Source: Octopus vulgaris (Eukaryota). Taken from it: 64,000 bases of DNA. How positions within the stretch are numbered: position 1 is the first letter of the stretch; each line of letters starts with the position of its first letter. The notes under the pieces are model-generated. The model was not told where the DNA came from. It searched no databases and worked only from the letters and a program-made list of their open reading frames with translations. The stretch covers positions 203,980,001 through 204,044,000 of the forward strand of contig OX597815.1 of assembly GCA_951406725.2 (NCBI GenBank). The letters run 5' to 3'. Of this stretch, positions 26,754-40,895 are shown piece by piece. The position numbers and the translations under genes were made by a program.

Positions 26754-29700
26754 TAGAAAAGACTTTTTAAAATAAAATAACGTAGGAGATGAACTACGCC
26801 AATTTACGACTGCATTTATTAATTCTATACAAAAAAACAAAACAAAACTAGGATCACTATAAAAAAAACAATAAAAATAGAACTCGTTTAAAATTTTTTT
26901 ACCATTTGGGAAGCGAAAGAGAATTATTTTCTTTTTACGGTTCAGAATATTTTACTATAAATTGAAATCCTCAGCAGGCGGCGCAGTTTGAAGACAATAT
27001 AAAAACACCAATATTGCCTAGAATAAATCGTTCTAATCTTGGATGTTTGGAACTCGGATGGGGAATATTTTAAATTGGAAGATTTTCAAAAGTACTTAAA
27101 TTTGTTTATCATAAATAATACAACCACAAATGTAGTAAGTAAAATCTGAACGGGCTGATTTATAAAAACTGCGGCTCTTCCTAAATCTTGAAATAACATT
27201 ATTTGTTATAAATATATATTATTTAATAAATATATATTAAGAGTGAAAACCATTGTAAATGTACGTTTAAATGAAAATATTAAAAGCAGCTTGAAAATTA
27301 AAATATTAGATAAAACATTTCCTCTTGCTATCCGTGCACAAATCCTCATACAAGTTAATGTGTACGGTGTACAGAAGGGAGCATGAAAAGTATGCATAAA
27401 ATTGTGTTACTACTTTATAAGAAAAACAATTTTATGATTTTGTTAACGTTAATCGTGAGAAAAATAACAAGTATTTTTCTGCGGGGATAAAGTGATTAAA
27501 ATTATGTTCTAAATGGATTTAGCTGATTACTTGTTACCCCCCTGTTGAAATTAACTTTGTGTATAGAGAAAACATATCAAAATTTCATTAAAGAAGTTTA
27601 ATAATGCGTGGTCTAACATACGAAAGTTCTTCTATGTCAGTGATTCTAAACCATTTGTACACCTATGGGTTTCTTTGATTCCCGTTTTATTCTACTAGAC
27701 CCCAATAGCTATGTGTTGTTTAAAAAACACATTTCATAATTAAATATTATTAGAAAGTGTATAAAAAAACTGTTAAAATATTTTATTGTAGCGTGCCCCC
27801 CAAGGGTCATATGGACCCCGGTTCTATGTGGTCATTCGACCTACTAGAAATGGCAACGAATTCACCCTTAATTAATAACAGGGTTTGTAAAAGGTGTACT
27901 TTTCGATATAGGTATAAGAGGGCCTGCCATGGTTTGAAAGCGTTTATTCATAGACCTCTTCAGAAACAAGGTTAAACAGTAACAACAGCATCTATATTTT
28001 AGGTCGACCGGTCACAAATATCAGCCCAATTGCTTTCAACTTAACCGTCTTAAAAATACAAGAACTCCTTAGAAAAGGTATTCCTAGATATTAAAATAAA
28101 ACGAGATTGTCACGGCTGGAACATCTTTATTCATAGATATGCTCGATCAAGTCAGATCTGTGGGTAAACAACAACATATTAATCGACAATTCTGTAGTAT
28201 TTGTAACTAGAACAAAACTCAATGGTTCTTTCAAAACATCTGGATTATGATGTCAGACATAAAACACGTTTCTCTGAATCAAGAACACACTCTGAACTTT
28301 TAGATGACCTTTGACGGTTTCTAACTCTATTGCGAGCAGTCAGATCAGGCATTCTGTCATGTAAACTTCCGTGTCTGTTTAAGACATACTAAGGAGGTCA
28401 TTGACACCTTCCTCCTATTTTCCATTCAAACAAAAGTCAAGTATAACCTTCACACCGTTCCAATTTTAATGTTTGGCATTCTGCATCACATCATACTTGA
28501 TACAGCACACTCTATACTAAAAATAAAATTTTTTTTTTTTCCTTTCAGTCAATGATTCTTTATATAACCTAGATGTTTATTGTCACTGCAAAGACTTGTT
28601 TTTTTGCTGCATGCACCCATCTTAACTCTGACCTAGGTAACCTGCGATCAGCGGCCTTTCAGCCACTAAAATTTCGATATTTGATTATTTTGCTTTTCAT
28701 TGCATCTAGGACTCTTATGAAGTTGTGTGGTCCGGTAGTTAAGTTGTTATCTTACGATCATAAGCTCGTAGGTTTGATTCCTGGACCAGGCGGCACATTG
28801 TCACCTTGAGCAAGGCGCTATATTTTATGTTGATCTAGTATACTAAGCTGAAAATGTATAAAAACTATCTGCTAGTTTAGCTCCATCTCTCTCACATCCT
28901 CTGGCTCAAAATTATTTGTCTGCTCGCGACAACTTAGACATTTAAAACAACTAGCGAAAGCGTAAAACAAGCTACCAGCCATACGTACTTGCAAGTGATG
29001 GGCGGCTTAGTGTATTCAAATATTCGATAGCTTATCTTTTTTTTAAGACATGAGCGGGTAATACGAGTGCAAAACAGTTGGTCGAGCGACCTCATAGATG
29101 ATCGTACGTTAGCTCATGTTAAAACTTATTTATTGGATTGATGTTGTTGAAATATTTAGAAAAGACAACCTTGATAAAATGTATTTTTTTCATCCTTCCT
29201 TTTAAGATGCATTGTTTATTAGTTGAGTAAAGTATTGCTTTGTGAAGTATCATTGATTACATAATACTCACTTTAACAGATTAATCCGTGTCTGTCCCAT
29301 AGTTTGTAAGGAGAAGGGAAGCAATTTAAGGAAGATTGGCTGTCGTTCCTAACAGATCGAATGATGTTGAAAATGTTCCGTTTGTTACGTGTATTAGTGC
29401 AGTATGATGCAATGTAAGGCAGTATTAGGAAGGTAATCATGTGTCTGGACAGTCACCAATATCTCCTGCATTCAAGGCCTTGAAATCTTTTGTCTGAGGG
29501 TATTTGTTCATCGTCTTTCGAGTGTGGTGTCTATAGGTTTTCTCAATGAAGACCTCCAGCCCATCTATCATCCACCTACTGAAAAAGTCATGTCAGCCTT
29601 TCTACAGTCAGCGGGTAAGTCCATGGGTTATTTTTTCTGTTTTCCCCGACTTATTTTCATTTCTCCAATTTTTTTCTCATACGTTTATTAAACTTAGTCT

Positions 29701-30461
29701 CTTACCTCCTTATGTAGTTGAGAAGATTTTGGTGGCTTCTATGTCTGTAAATAATTTGACGTTTTGTTATTTGATTCGCCTGAGGAACTACTTCTCAGCA
29801 GCATTTAAGCATTTATACTTGTTTGATGATGTTCCATGATGCACTGAGAGCTCATTACTTTCTGCAAATAAGAAGCATATATAACCAAGACTTCGACGTT
29901 TGCTATTTGATCCTCAGCATTCGTCTCAGAAACTAACTCGCTGCAGCATTGATAAGCTTTTGCACTTGCTCGATGATATTCCATTAGCAATTAAGAAACA
30001 AGTGTAACGAAGAGACATTGCTATAGCCCTGTTGATCTCATTTCGAGCCCGCAATTATCTGCCATGCATCGCACGTAATTTACCCAGAATTAAACGGATG
30101 ATAGCTACACTTTCAGGGTGAAATATCAAGAAAAATCAACTGAAAAAAATCGCTATTAGTATAACTTGACATGAAATAATATTTGATATACTGTTGTACT
30201 AGTAATGAATTAGTCTAAATGATTTTTCAGGAACATATTTATGTTTCAGTATTTAGAAATTAATATAAAATTTTATTGAAAGCGATATATGTGTAATGAA
30301 ACTACAGATTATTTCACGAGAATTGTAAGTTTTCATTAATAACAACATTAACGGTACATTAGGTCATGAACCAGTAACGTAATGTGCTTTCCATTAAATA
30401 AAATTGCTTGCATAATGTATATTCAATTATTCAAAGGGGGCAGAATTTATTTAGCGAGTGC

Positions 30462-30535
<74 letters not shown>

Positions 30536-30540
30536 TATGT

Positions 30541-31092
30541 ATTAATAAATATCAGGGTAGCAAAAAAATTCTAGAAAAATTTTTTTCCGCTACCAGCGGT
30601 CTAGTGAGAAAGAGAAAGTAGTTAAAGACTATATAATATACATTCAACAATATAGGAATGGCCCTGATAGGCCATTCGACTCACTAGAAAGAGCAGCCAA
30701 ACTCAAACCGCTAAATAGTTGTAATTCTGAAATTGGAAGAGAAATAAAAACATTTACCCCTTTTAATCTCTGGACTATGCATTGTTTCGACAAACTTTGG
30801 TAACCAAATCAATCAAATTAAATTTGCTTACAACTGGCGTGTCTCATCAGCAGAGAAGCCTAGGACGAGAATATGTCCTCGAGGCTACAGCAAGGAAGCC
30901 TCAAGCCAATATGCTCTAAATTTTCAAAATCCACCGCTACCGCGCAGTTTTCTCAGTAGTTTATATTAACTGCTGATTTAATTTCAAAATTAGCTAAAAA
31001 ATCATTAATTAATAAATATCAGGGTAGCAAAAAAATTCTATTTTCTGCTACTAGCGGTCTAGTGAGAAAGATAAAATAGTCAAAGACTATTA
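30541..31092 (-). mobile_element. Retrozyme/pLTR-like element: one 467-bp unit plus an ~85-bp direct repeat
   Basis: aataaatatcagggtagcaaaaaaattc at 30544 and 31011; flanked by microsatellites; contains an HHR. Confidence 0.8.
30768..30855 (-). ncRNA. Hammerhead ribozyme, type I, canonical core, GUC site
   Basis: Minus strand CUCUG-CUGAUGA-GACA..47 nt..UGUC-GAA-ACAAUGCAUAGU-C-CAGAG. Confidence 0.85.
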
Positions 31093-31528
31093 TGTATGTA
31101 TGTATGTATGTATGTATGTATGTATGTATGTATGTATGTATGTATGTATATACATATAGATATATGTATTGTGTATATACATGTGTGTACGCACGCGCGT
31201 GTCTGTGTATCAACTTGTACATGTAGCCACATATCAACGAAGGGGACTACATAATCTCTAAAACTGCTAATGTCCTCTACATTATCCTAACTTCTTGGAA
31301 ATGGGTGGGGGCATCAGCTAATTTAATCCGAGATACTCAACTCCCGACTGAAGTACGTTGTGGCCATGGTTAGAACGCCTATGATCACATTTCAGGTAAC
31401 ACCACAACGTGTACACCCATATGAGCATGATCATGTTAAAATATTGATAAGTACAATGAGTGAAGAAAATCTTATTCAGCTGTTTTTTTTTTCCTTACTT
31501 AAGTACAACACCCAGCATTTATAGGGTA

Positions 31529-31921
31529 CTAGCAGTATCGCCCGGCGTTGCTCGGGTTTGTAAGGGAAATAACTATATAAGCATTTTTAGAGATGTAAAG
31601 TATAATAGCCATCTCAATATGGCTAACCACAAAGGAGGGGTGTTACTGTAGCTTTTTACGTTCTGAGATTTAATAATAAATTTTTAGAGAGTTACTTCCC
31701 TTATATATGCCGCAAATGCATTAAAAATGGGAAAAATTGATGGTAATTTTTTTTTTTAATTCGTAGACTCATCGTAGACGCGCGCTAATACCCAGAAGGG
31801 CTCGATATGAATCACGACTATAAGATACCCGGGTTTGGTTAAACTGCACCGCAAAATGTGGGAGTAGTTAGGAATCTAAATCGTAGGAGACAGACAGCAC
31901 ACAACTTCACTTTTATATAGA
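31529..31921 (-). mobile_element. Non-autonomous Helitron-like element
   Basis: 5' TC start, 3' CCCGAGCAACGCCGGG hairpin and CTAG|T end. Confidence 0.75.
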
Positions 31922-33045
31922 AATGAAACTGAACAATTTAGATCTTTCTGATGATTACCAGCGATATATACAAAGGGAGTTTGTAAAAGCCTTCCTACAC
32001 CGCGCCAAGAAACAGTTCAACAAGTTCTCAACCGAATCTAAGATTAGTGTCGTCACTATGTTTTTGTTTATCTTCTCTCGAAGTGAAGATGATATTAGTA
32101 AAAGTCTATATTCCAAGTTATTTATATAATTTCAGCGTCATTGCTATTCAAATTCATCAAATTCCTCAAGGACATAAATGACTTCTGTTCTTCTCCTAAA
32201 TGTTTAAGCCTTTTATTTGGCTGGAGTTATGGTAGGACGAAATTGTATTGATGATGCCTAATTAGGAAAAAAAAAACACGCATCCCAAACCATTTCCTTT
32301 CCTTCGGATAAAGGGACAAATTCAAAACGGCATTTTTCTTCATAACGTATTGTATCAATGTTTCTTTCTCATTACCTGAAATTATGTCCCCTCATTCGGA
32401 ATCGGCAAAAATTAGTGTTTGTTTGTTTGACTTCTCTTTAGATAAAGATGATTTCTATAAAATACATTACACACAATAGCTTCACGAAAAAAAAAAATCG
32501 CATGACAACTAGATCTAGTATTTCTTAGTCTACTTACCTATTTCAGCACAAGGACAGCGATTTGGTGGAAGGATTAAGTCGATTACATTGACCCAGTGCT
32601 CAGCTTGTACTTATATCATCGACTCCGAGAAAATGAAAGGCAAGATCGACCTCGATAGAATTTGGACTAAGAACGTGAAGCCAGAAGAAATACTAAACAG
32701 CATTTCGTCTGGCGAGCTAACGATTCTGCCAGCTCACCACCTTACCAGCTCTTCTTAAGAGAATTACAGTAACTATCGACGGAAACTACAGCCGCCTAGC
32801 AGTTCTGTAGGCTCCCGGATAAATTCATTTCACTGATCCTTATATTATTTATTTATTAACAATAAACCACAGCATATGTATATCAGAACTGGGCCTCTAG
32901 ATCCGTGAGGACCCTGGGCACTGACGGAAACTCATAAAACCTCCAGCAATATTTCTATTTAGAGCTACATATACTGAACAACTTGTTTAGAGTTAATATC
33001 TCAATCATTTTGCATAGTGTACTCTAATGTCGATATATTAGTATA

Positions 33046-33360
33046 TTATGGCTGCCCCCTCGTTATCGAGTATGGCCATTGCACGAAGCTTAACTGGTGC
33101 TGTGATTGAATGCGACTTTTTAGCCCAGCTAATGATCTACAATGTCTTGTACAGAATTGGTAACTAAAACCTTTACCGGTAATAGCCGGCTGTAGTTGTA
33201 ACTGGGCTTCATGTACCTTTGCATGTCGTTTAAGTCCTCCTGCCGAATTACACTCTCTTCCACATGCCCGACAGATATGATTAGTATGGTATGTTACACC
33301 ACCATCAGCGGCCAGGTTGTCACACATCTGTCTCGCTTTATGACTACGAAGATGACTCTT
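33046..33360 (-). mobile_element. RTE-type LINE 3' end with C2H2-like zinc fingers
   Basis: HICRACGRECNSAGGLKRHAKVH and a second degenerate finger, followed by a short 3' terminus. Confidence 0.6.
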
Positions 33361-33643
33361 AAGTACATACGTACATACATACATACATACATACATGCAT
33401 ACATACCAACATACATACATACATACATACATACATACAAACATACATACATACATACATACATACGTACATACATACATACACACATACCAACATACAT
33501 ACATACATACATACTTACATACATACGTACATACATACATACAACCATACATACATACATACATACATACATACATACATACATACATACATACATACAT
33601 ACATACATACATACATACAAACATACATACAAACAGTATTATA

Positions 33644-33685
<42 letters not shown>

Positions 33686-33689
<4 letters not shown>

Positions 33690-33883
33690 GATATTAGCCA
33701 ACCGAATATGGCTAGGGACAGGGCAGGGTGGTGGGGGTGTCACTGTTGCATTTAGCCCAGGCGAACATCAACGTCACCAGATAGGCCTGACGTTGATGTT
33801 CGCCTGGGGCTAAATGCAACAGTGACACCCCCACCACCCTGCCCTGTCCCTAGCCATATTCGGTTGGCTAATATCCCTTATAT
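33686..33883. repeat. Near-perfect palindrome (~91-bp arms, 11-nt loop) abutting (TA)n
   Basis: 33686-33776 is the reverse complement of 33788-33879 with one indel; homologous to the 3' end of the 17.8-kb HHR element. Confidence 0.9.
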
Positions 33884-33939
33884 TACGGAGCAGTCACTGT
33901 CTATATCTCATTTATTATTATTGAGATATATATATATTG

Positions 33940-33973
<34 letters not shown>

Positions 33974-34245
33974 TTTGTGTGTATGTTATTGTCTGCACGT
34001 GGTCGTGCTGGTATTTATCTGTGCGTATGTGTTTTACTTTTATATTCTTCTTATGTATGTTTACAACGAATTTGCGCACTTTTTAAAGAAATATTTACCT
34101 ATCAATCCTAGTTTAGACATTACGAGATAAAAATACATTTAAATTTAATAATATATAGATGTATTCATACAAATGTCACATGTATGTATATATGTATGTA
34201 TAAACACTCGCAAACATACATATACATCTTTACAGATGTGTACAT

Positions 34246-34281
<36 letters not shown>

Positions 34282-34459
34282 AATATTAATTAATAAATTT
34301 CTCAATTCATTTAAATGATGTAAAACACGGAGTGGTCTTTACATAAAGTAAAGCCTATTATGTAGTAATTTAATATACATGTAACATATACATTAGCAAA
34401 ACACATTTGAAAATAGAAATATTTTTCTCTCTCACTACTTATCTCTATCTATATTTCTT

Positions 34460-34519
<60 letters not shown>

Positions 34520-34659
34520 AACACATATATATGCACACTTACACATACATATGCACATGCAGTTACATTCATATATACATAGACATACATTCATACACAT
34601 ATACATATGTTTGTGTGTGTGTTTATGTTATAATAAAAACAGTTATACTTTAAATTGCT

Positions 34660-36180
34660 GAGAGTTCCAAGTGCACCAGTTACTACTGGTATCACATCTA
34701 CTCTCTTCATTGACCACAACCTTCGTATCTCCGACTTAAAATCACCAAAGTTGTTCAGTTGATCCTGTTGTCACCGAGTTATGCTTCGTCGATTATCATG
34801 CAAATTCTTTCATTTTTATTCACCACATCAACGTCCGATTTCCGATGCTTCGTCAGGTGATCGCACTGGATCATTGCATCCCACAAGATTTTGCAATCTT
34901 CATGCTCAGTTACACCTGGAGTATGGTCGTACCACGCCTATGTTCTTTGTAGGTTGGGATTTTCACAGAGCTCCCAATGCAGGTTTCTTGTCACATTGTC
35001 ATGCGGTCTTTGGAGTCACGTTGTGCCAATTTCGAGCATTCACCAACGTTGTGCCATACCATTTCACCCTTCTCAGCACATATTCTGCATTTGTCGCTGT
35101 CAGTAGTGTTATCTATTCTACACTTCTCATAATTAGTCCTCCACGCTTGCTTTTATGCTTCGCATTTAAGTGCTTCTGTCTCTATCTTCAGGTCACTCTT
35201 TCTCCGGTTTTCTGTTTCTGTCTTGGCATTTGTATCTTTTGCAAGTTGACCGGACATTTTTTTCCTTCCATGCTGTTTCTTTTTTTTTTTTGTGCTCTTT
35301 TCCTCTAAGTTTTTTCTTTGCACAATTATCAATTTTTTTGACGCCGGACTTCTTCACATGTTTCAACTATGACTTCACGCTATTTTTTACATACCACCCT
35401 AAGCTGTTTTCCTCTGTTTCGATACAATCTTGGCAACCGATCAAACCCCCTCCCACCCTTTCTTCTGAACAAGTACAGCCTATCGGTGTCACTCTAAGGG
35501 TGGAAGGCTCCGTGTACTATCAACATTTTTTTCTAGTCTTGGTATCCATTTTATGCATTTCTCTCTTTGGCCATTTCATAGTTCCCGCTCCATATTGAAG
35601 AAATGCTATCACCCACGTATTAACTGCTTGAATTTTATTCCATCCAGTCAATTTTGAGCGCAGCACCAACCTCAGTCTTCGGAAATACTTTATCCTCCAT
35701 TGTTTTTTCATTTTGTTTTCCATTATCTCGTTGCACTCTAGTACACCAAGGTATGTCTATCCTTCCGTATTTATTTACTCAATCAAGTCTCCATTCAGTA
35801 ATACTATCCTTGCTAGGAACCTTGCCTCTTTTTAGGTAGATTATTTTGCACTTATTGAGTCCAAATTCCATTCTAATATCAATACTAAAACAGAGGACCG
35901 TGTCACCAAAAACTCGCTTGTGTCTCATCTTTGCCATACAGTTTCGAATCATCCATGAAGAGGTGATTGATTCTTTGGGATTTTTCTTTTAGTTGGTATC
36001 CTGGATTCATTTTCCTGAGTACCAAGGTCAAAGGTGTCATGCAGAGAACGAAAAGCAACGGAGATAAGCTGTCAACTTGGAAAAACCCTCTTCCGATATC
36101 CAGGGTGCCCAAGTTTCTTCAGTAAGTCGTCGGTTTAGTTTTCCATCCCACCATATTTCTCTTCAGGAAACACGTTACAT
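34660..36180 (-). mobile_element. R4/Dong-like RLE non-LTR retrotransposon fragment
   Basis: FQVDSLSPLLF..INHLFMDDSKLY (RT), KYFRRLRLVLRSKL.., CRIC..H....C zinc knuckle and LWD..HRKSD.. restriction-like endonuclease remnant. Confidence 0.8.
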
Positions 36181-36819
36181 TCCTCGGCACACCGGATAAT
36201 ATGTTTAGCGGCATTTCTTCCGTCTTTATGTTCTCAGATAAAATTGACCTCGGCACTCATCATTTGCTTTGAAGTGAGAGAAAAAATGAGAAAGGAGAAA
36301 GTAAGAAATGTATGTACGTGTGTGTATGTGCTTCTGCGTGAGAGAGAGAGAGAGTAACCGAGTGAAGGTGTGTGTTGTTAGGTATGTATTGTTTTACATA
36401 TATGTGTAAGTGGAACTCTCTTTCTCCATCTCTCTCTCTGACGCACACACACCCACATTGTCTTTCATATACACGTACATAAATATATGTGCATACATAT
36501 TTCTTGTATGTATCTGTGCGTGTGCATGTGAGAGTGAGATTGAGAGAGAGTTACTGTATTTCCTCATACCATATAGAGAAATGGATGTCTTTTAATGAAA
36601 TTCTTTGATCGTGGCTTATTTGATACAATATTAATAAGTGTACGTTTTCATAAATGTTTGTCGGAGTAGAATTCTTTGCATGCGTGAAACATCGGACGAA
36701 AGTGAAAAATTAGAAACGAATCGAAATATTGCCCGAAAATGATCTCAAAATTTTGGGACCCGACCTCGTTTCCGAGGTTATTTTAGTAGTAAAAGCATAG
36801 TTTATTTGCTAGCCTTCAT

Positions 36820-37330
<511 letters not shown>

Positions 37331-38131
37331 CAGACAAATGATAAGCTGCTTTCTTTATTATAATACAGATTTCATTATTCATGCATTATCACGCTCGTAA
37401 TGCAACACTTTGTGATTTTCGTTCAAATTGAAAGTGTGAAACCATTTACGCTTTCTAATGAAACCTGGTCGTTGTAGAACAGTGTCTCCTAAATAATTAT
37501 AGCTGGTTGTTGAGAAAACGTAGAAAGTATGTAAATGAAAATAAAGTTTATTTGGTAGCCGAAAGGGATCTTTTCACTATGACCGGCAGATTTAAAAAAT
37601 AGTTTTTTGCAACTAAACACTTTTAAACTTCGTATACTGATAGAATGTGTCACATAAAACATCTTTTTCTCTTGGCGTTCTTGAGAAATTTCTGTAGTTT
37701 GTAAGCTATTTGTTGTTAAATTTCTCGTATTTCGGCAATTTCAACCAATCAATGACGTCTATTGAGGTGAATACAATTACTGCTGTTGTTTGTCAACAAG
37801 AAGTTCCGGCGGTGTATATATATACACATATGTTTAACACCTGAAACGTTTTATATTCTTCAAATTACATGAAATCAATTCATTTAATACTATCTACTAT
37901 GTCTTCGCACACAATCCTTGAACATTTATTAATCATGAAATGTCAAACTTGGCATATAATAAACAAAAAGCGAAGATATTTGAATACCATGACCAGTGGT
38001 GGATGGATAATACTGAATAAAGGGAATCTATCGTCGTTTGAAAAATAGAGAACGGAATCAACAATGTGATATGATAGTTAAATATTTATATTGTGTTCTT
38101 CTATATAACAAATGTTACGTTTCAGGTTTGT

Positions 38132-38521
38132 GGAGGCGCAATGGCCCAGTGGTTAGGGCAGCGGATCGCGGTCATAGGATCGCGGTTTCGATTCCCAGAC
38201 CGAGCGTTGTGAGTGTTTATTGAGCGAAAACACCTAAAAGCTCCACGAGGCTCCGGCAGGGGATGGTGGTGATCCCTGCTGTACTCTTTCATCACAACTT
38301 TCTCTCACTCTTACTTCCTGTTTCTGTTGTACCTGTATTTCAAGGGGCCGGCCTTGTCACTCTCTGTGTCACGCTGAATATACCCGAGAACTACGTTAAG
38401 GGTGCACGTGTCTGTGGAGCGCTCAGCCACTTACACGTTAATTTCACGAGCAGGCTGTTCCCTTGATTCGGATCAACCGGAACCCTCATCGTCGTAACCG
38501 ACGGAGTGCTTCCATCCATCC
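38132..38521 (+). mobile_element. tRNA-derived SINE with a family C-like head and a different body
   Basis: TGGCCCAGTGG A box, GTTTCGATTCC B box; first ~190 bp similar to 21836-22010. Confidence 0.75.
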
Positions 38522-39817
38522 ATGTTTCAGGTTTAAAAATGATTTGAATATCGGTGATTAGAAACGGAGGCAGACGATTTGTACGGTGAATACTCAATAA
38601 AACTCACTTTTCTTCACTTTGCTAAAACACAAGTATGCGCACACATACACACACACACTCATATATGTGTGTGAGAGTGTGTGTATGTATGTATGTATGT
38701 ATGTATGTATGTATGTATGTATGTATGTATGTATGTATGTATGTATGTATGTATGAGTGCATATCTATATCTGCAAGCATACTTGCATATATGCATAAGG
38801 GTATGTGTGTGAATTTATGTATCGAAGTATGTGTGCGGTTGCATAAGTGTGAGAGAAATATATATTTCAACCCAGGAAATAGTTGCACTAAATATAACTC
38901 ACATGATTTTTTACCGCTGGCAAGTGCACATACCAAGAATGACTATCTAGTTACTTTTATAGATGGTGGTTAATGTAAGTTTATCATATGTGTTATCATA
39001 TGTGTATGTATGTTTGCATGTGTATGTGTGTTTCTGTGCTTCGCAAATATGTATGTAACTGTGTGATATGTAAGGATTTATGTTTTGTCTGGATGTGCTT
39101 TGTGTTTAAGAGGTGTATTTTAATCTCCTGCATCTGTGAAGGATATACCAGACTACGTCGATATATTGCTAACATATCGTCCACAGCAGCTACAACTACA
39201 GCAAGGAATGTGAAATTAAACCACGACATCAAACGTATTAATGAGCATAAAACTGATAGACCAAAAAAACAAGTTTCGGGAACAAAATCTTCACTGAACC
39301 AAACAGACAAAATACCTCATGAATAGTTTCATTTACAAATGCAAAACTTAGCAATGAGACAAAGTCTAAGCAGTAGATTGATCTGTAAGAAATGTCATCC
39401 AAACTTCCCTGAAAGTACACCCATTTTGTTCATTCACACTGTAAAAAATACTTTCATAAGCACTTCACTTCCTATGCAGCATCAGCCATCGACAACTGTT
39501 CTACCTTTGTTCCCGACTCTAGGCTGTTCTTTCCTCTTCCGAATCATATTGAATTTTCACCGATGCTTCTGTAACGTTACTTTTTTTATAAGTAGAGGAA
39601 TTCGCCCCTCTAAGTAGAGGATTTTTGTCGTATTATGTCTCAACAAATGATGGAATAGTCACGGTCGGTAAATCTTTAATGACATTTCTAGTCAATCAAT
39701 GCTTATAACTCAGAGACAGATATTGAAATTCTTGTATGCAATCCATCCCTCCTTCCATCCATCCATCCATCCATTCATACATACATACATACATACATAC
39801 ATACATACATACATACA

Positions 39818-39850
<33 letters not shown>

Positions 39851-40065
39851 TTTCAGAAAAAGAAATCAACCAACTGACTCACATATTACAAATACAATCT
39901 GTAAGTGGAACAGTAAAACTGTACAAGACTTTTCTCAGGTTTAAAATGTGACATTTTTTCGTTATCGACATAGCAATGATGGAGTTTTGTGTCTTTATGA
40001 GAAACCAGCTCCTTCAGAGGAAGAATTTAAATTATTAAATACAGAAGACATACATGAATGCACGC

Positions 40066-40116
<51 letters not shown>

Positions 40117-40607
40117 TACGCCACCCCACCCCCACACATACACAGAATATTAAGCGAATATCACTGAGTTAGTTTTACCACAGTGAATATTATCAAGTAA
40201 AGTCACAGTGGTGCAATTATTATTTTCTTCTAAATTTTGAAATATATATTAAGTTTCAAAATGTAAGTACTTGTTGAATTAAAATAATATTCATTTGAAT
40301 ATTGGCATGGTATACGTTATCCCCAAATAATTTAAGCTATTTATATATCAAATAACGGCCATTTCTTTCTAAAAATAACAATTAATCCTCTATATAACGT
40401 ATTGATTAACTCCATATAAAGTAGCTAAACATTTTAGCATGTGTAAGCAACCGTCTATGAGCATTGTAGAAGTGATGATAAGTATTATATGAACACATAC
40501 ACACACATATTCATATACAAAGGGTATCCCCAAAAAAACCGGAATTTTGCAATATTATTTTATTCACTTAGTTTTTACATATTTACACTTTCATTGCCTT
40601 CAAAGTT

Positions 40608-40895
40608 TTACGGAGATGTACTTGCATAGCAAGTGATTTGATCTGAGATCGTGTGCTGAAACGAAAACAATTGCAGCATGGAAGGTGTTTGTAAGCCATT
40701 TAAGAAACACACAAAGGCCGTTTGATTCACTTCAACATTTAAGTTTAATTTGTGCAGCACGGATTTTTGTCAGTGAACAGGTCGCAGTCTTAAAGCGACG
40801 AAAATATTTTGACAAATTAAACTTAAATGTTGAAGTGAATCGAACGGCCTTTGTGTGCTTCTTAAATGGCTTACAAACACCTTCCACGCTGCAAT
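40608..40895. mobile_element. Fold-back HHR element with an 11-bp TSD
   Basis: Arms 40670-40753 / 40812-40895; GCCTTCAAAGT at 40596-40606 and 40897-40907. Confidence 0.85.
40766..40816 (+). ncRNA. Hammerhead ribozyme variant with a G3-C8 core
   Basis: TTTGTCA-GTGAACA-G-GTCGC agtcttaaa GCGAC-GAA-AATATT-T-TGACAAA. Confidence 0.7.

Noticed and set aside
39110-39326. Non-repetitive open frame that might be a host exon
   Set aside because: No recognisable domain, no partner exons, and splice signals are unconvincing
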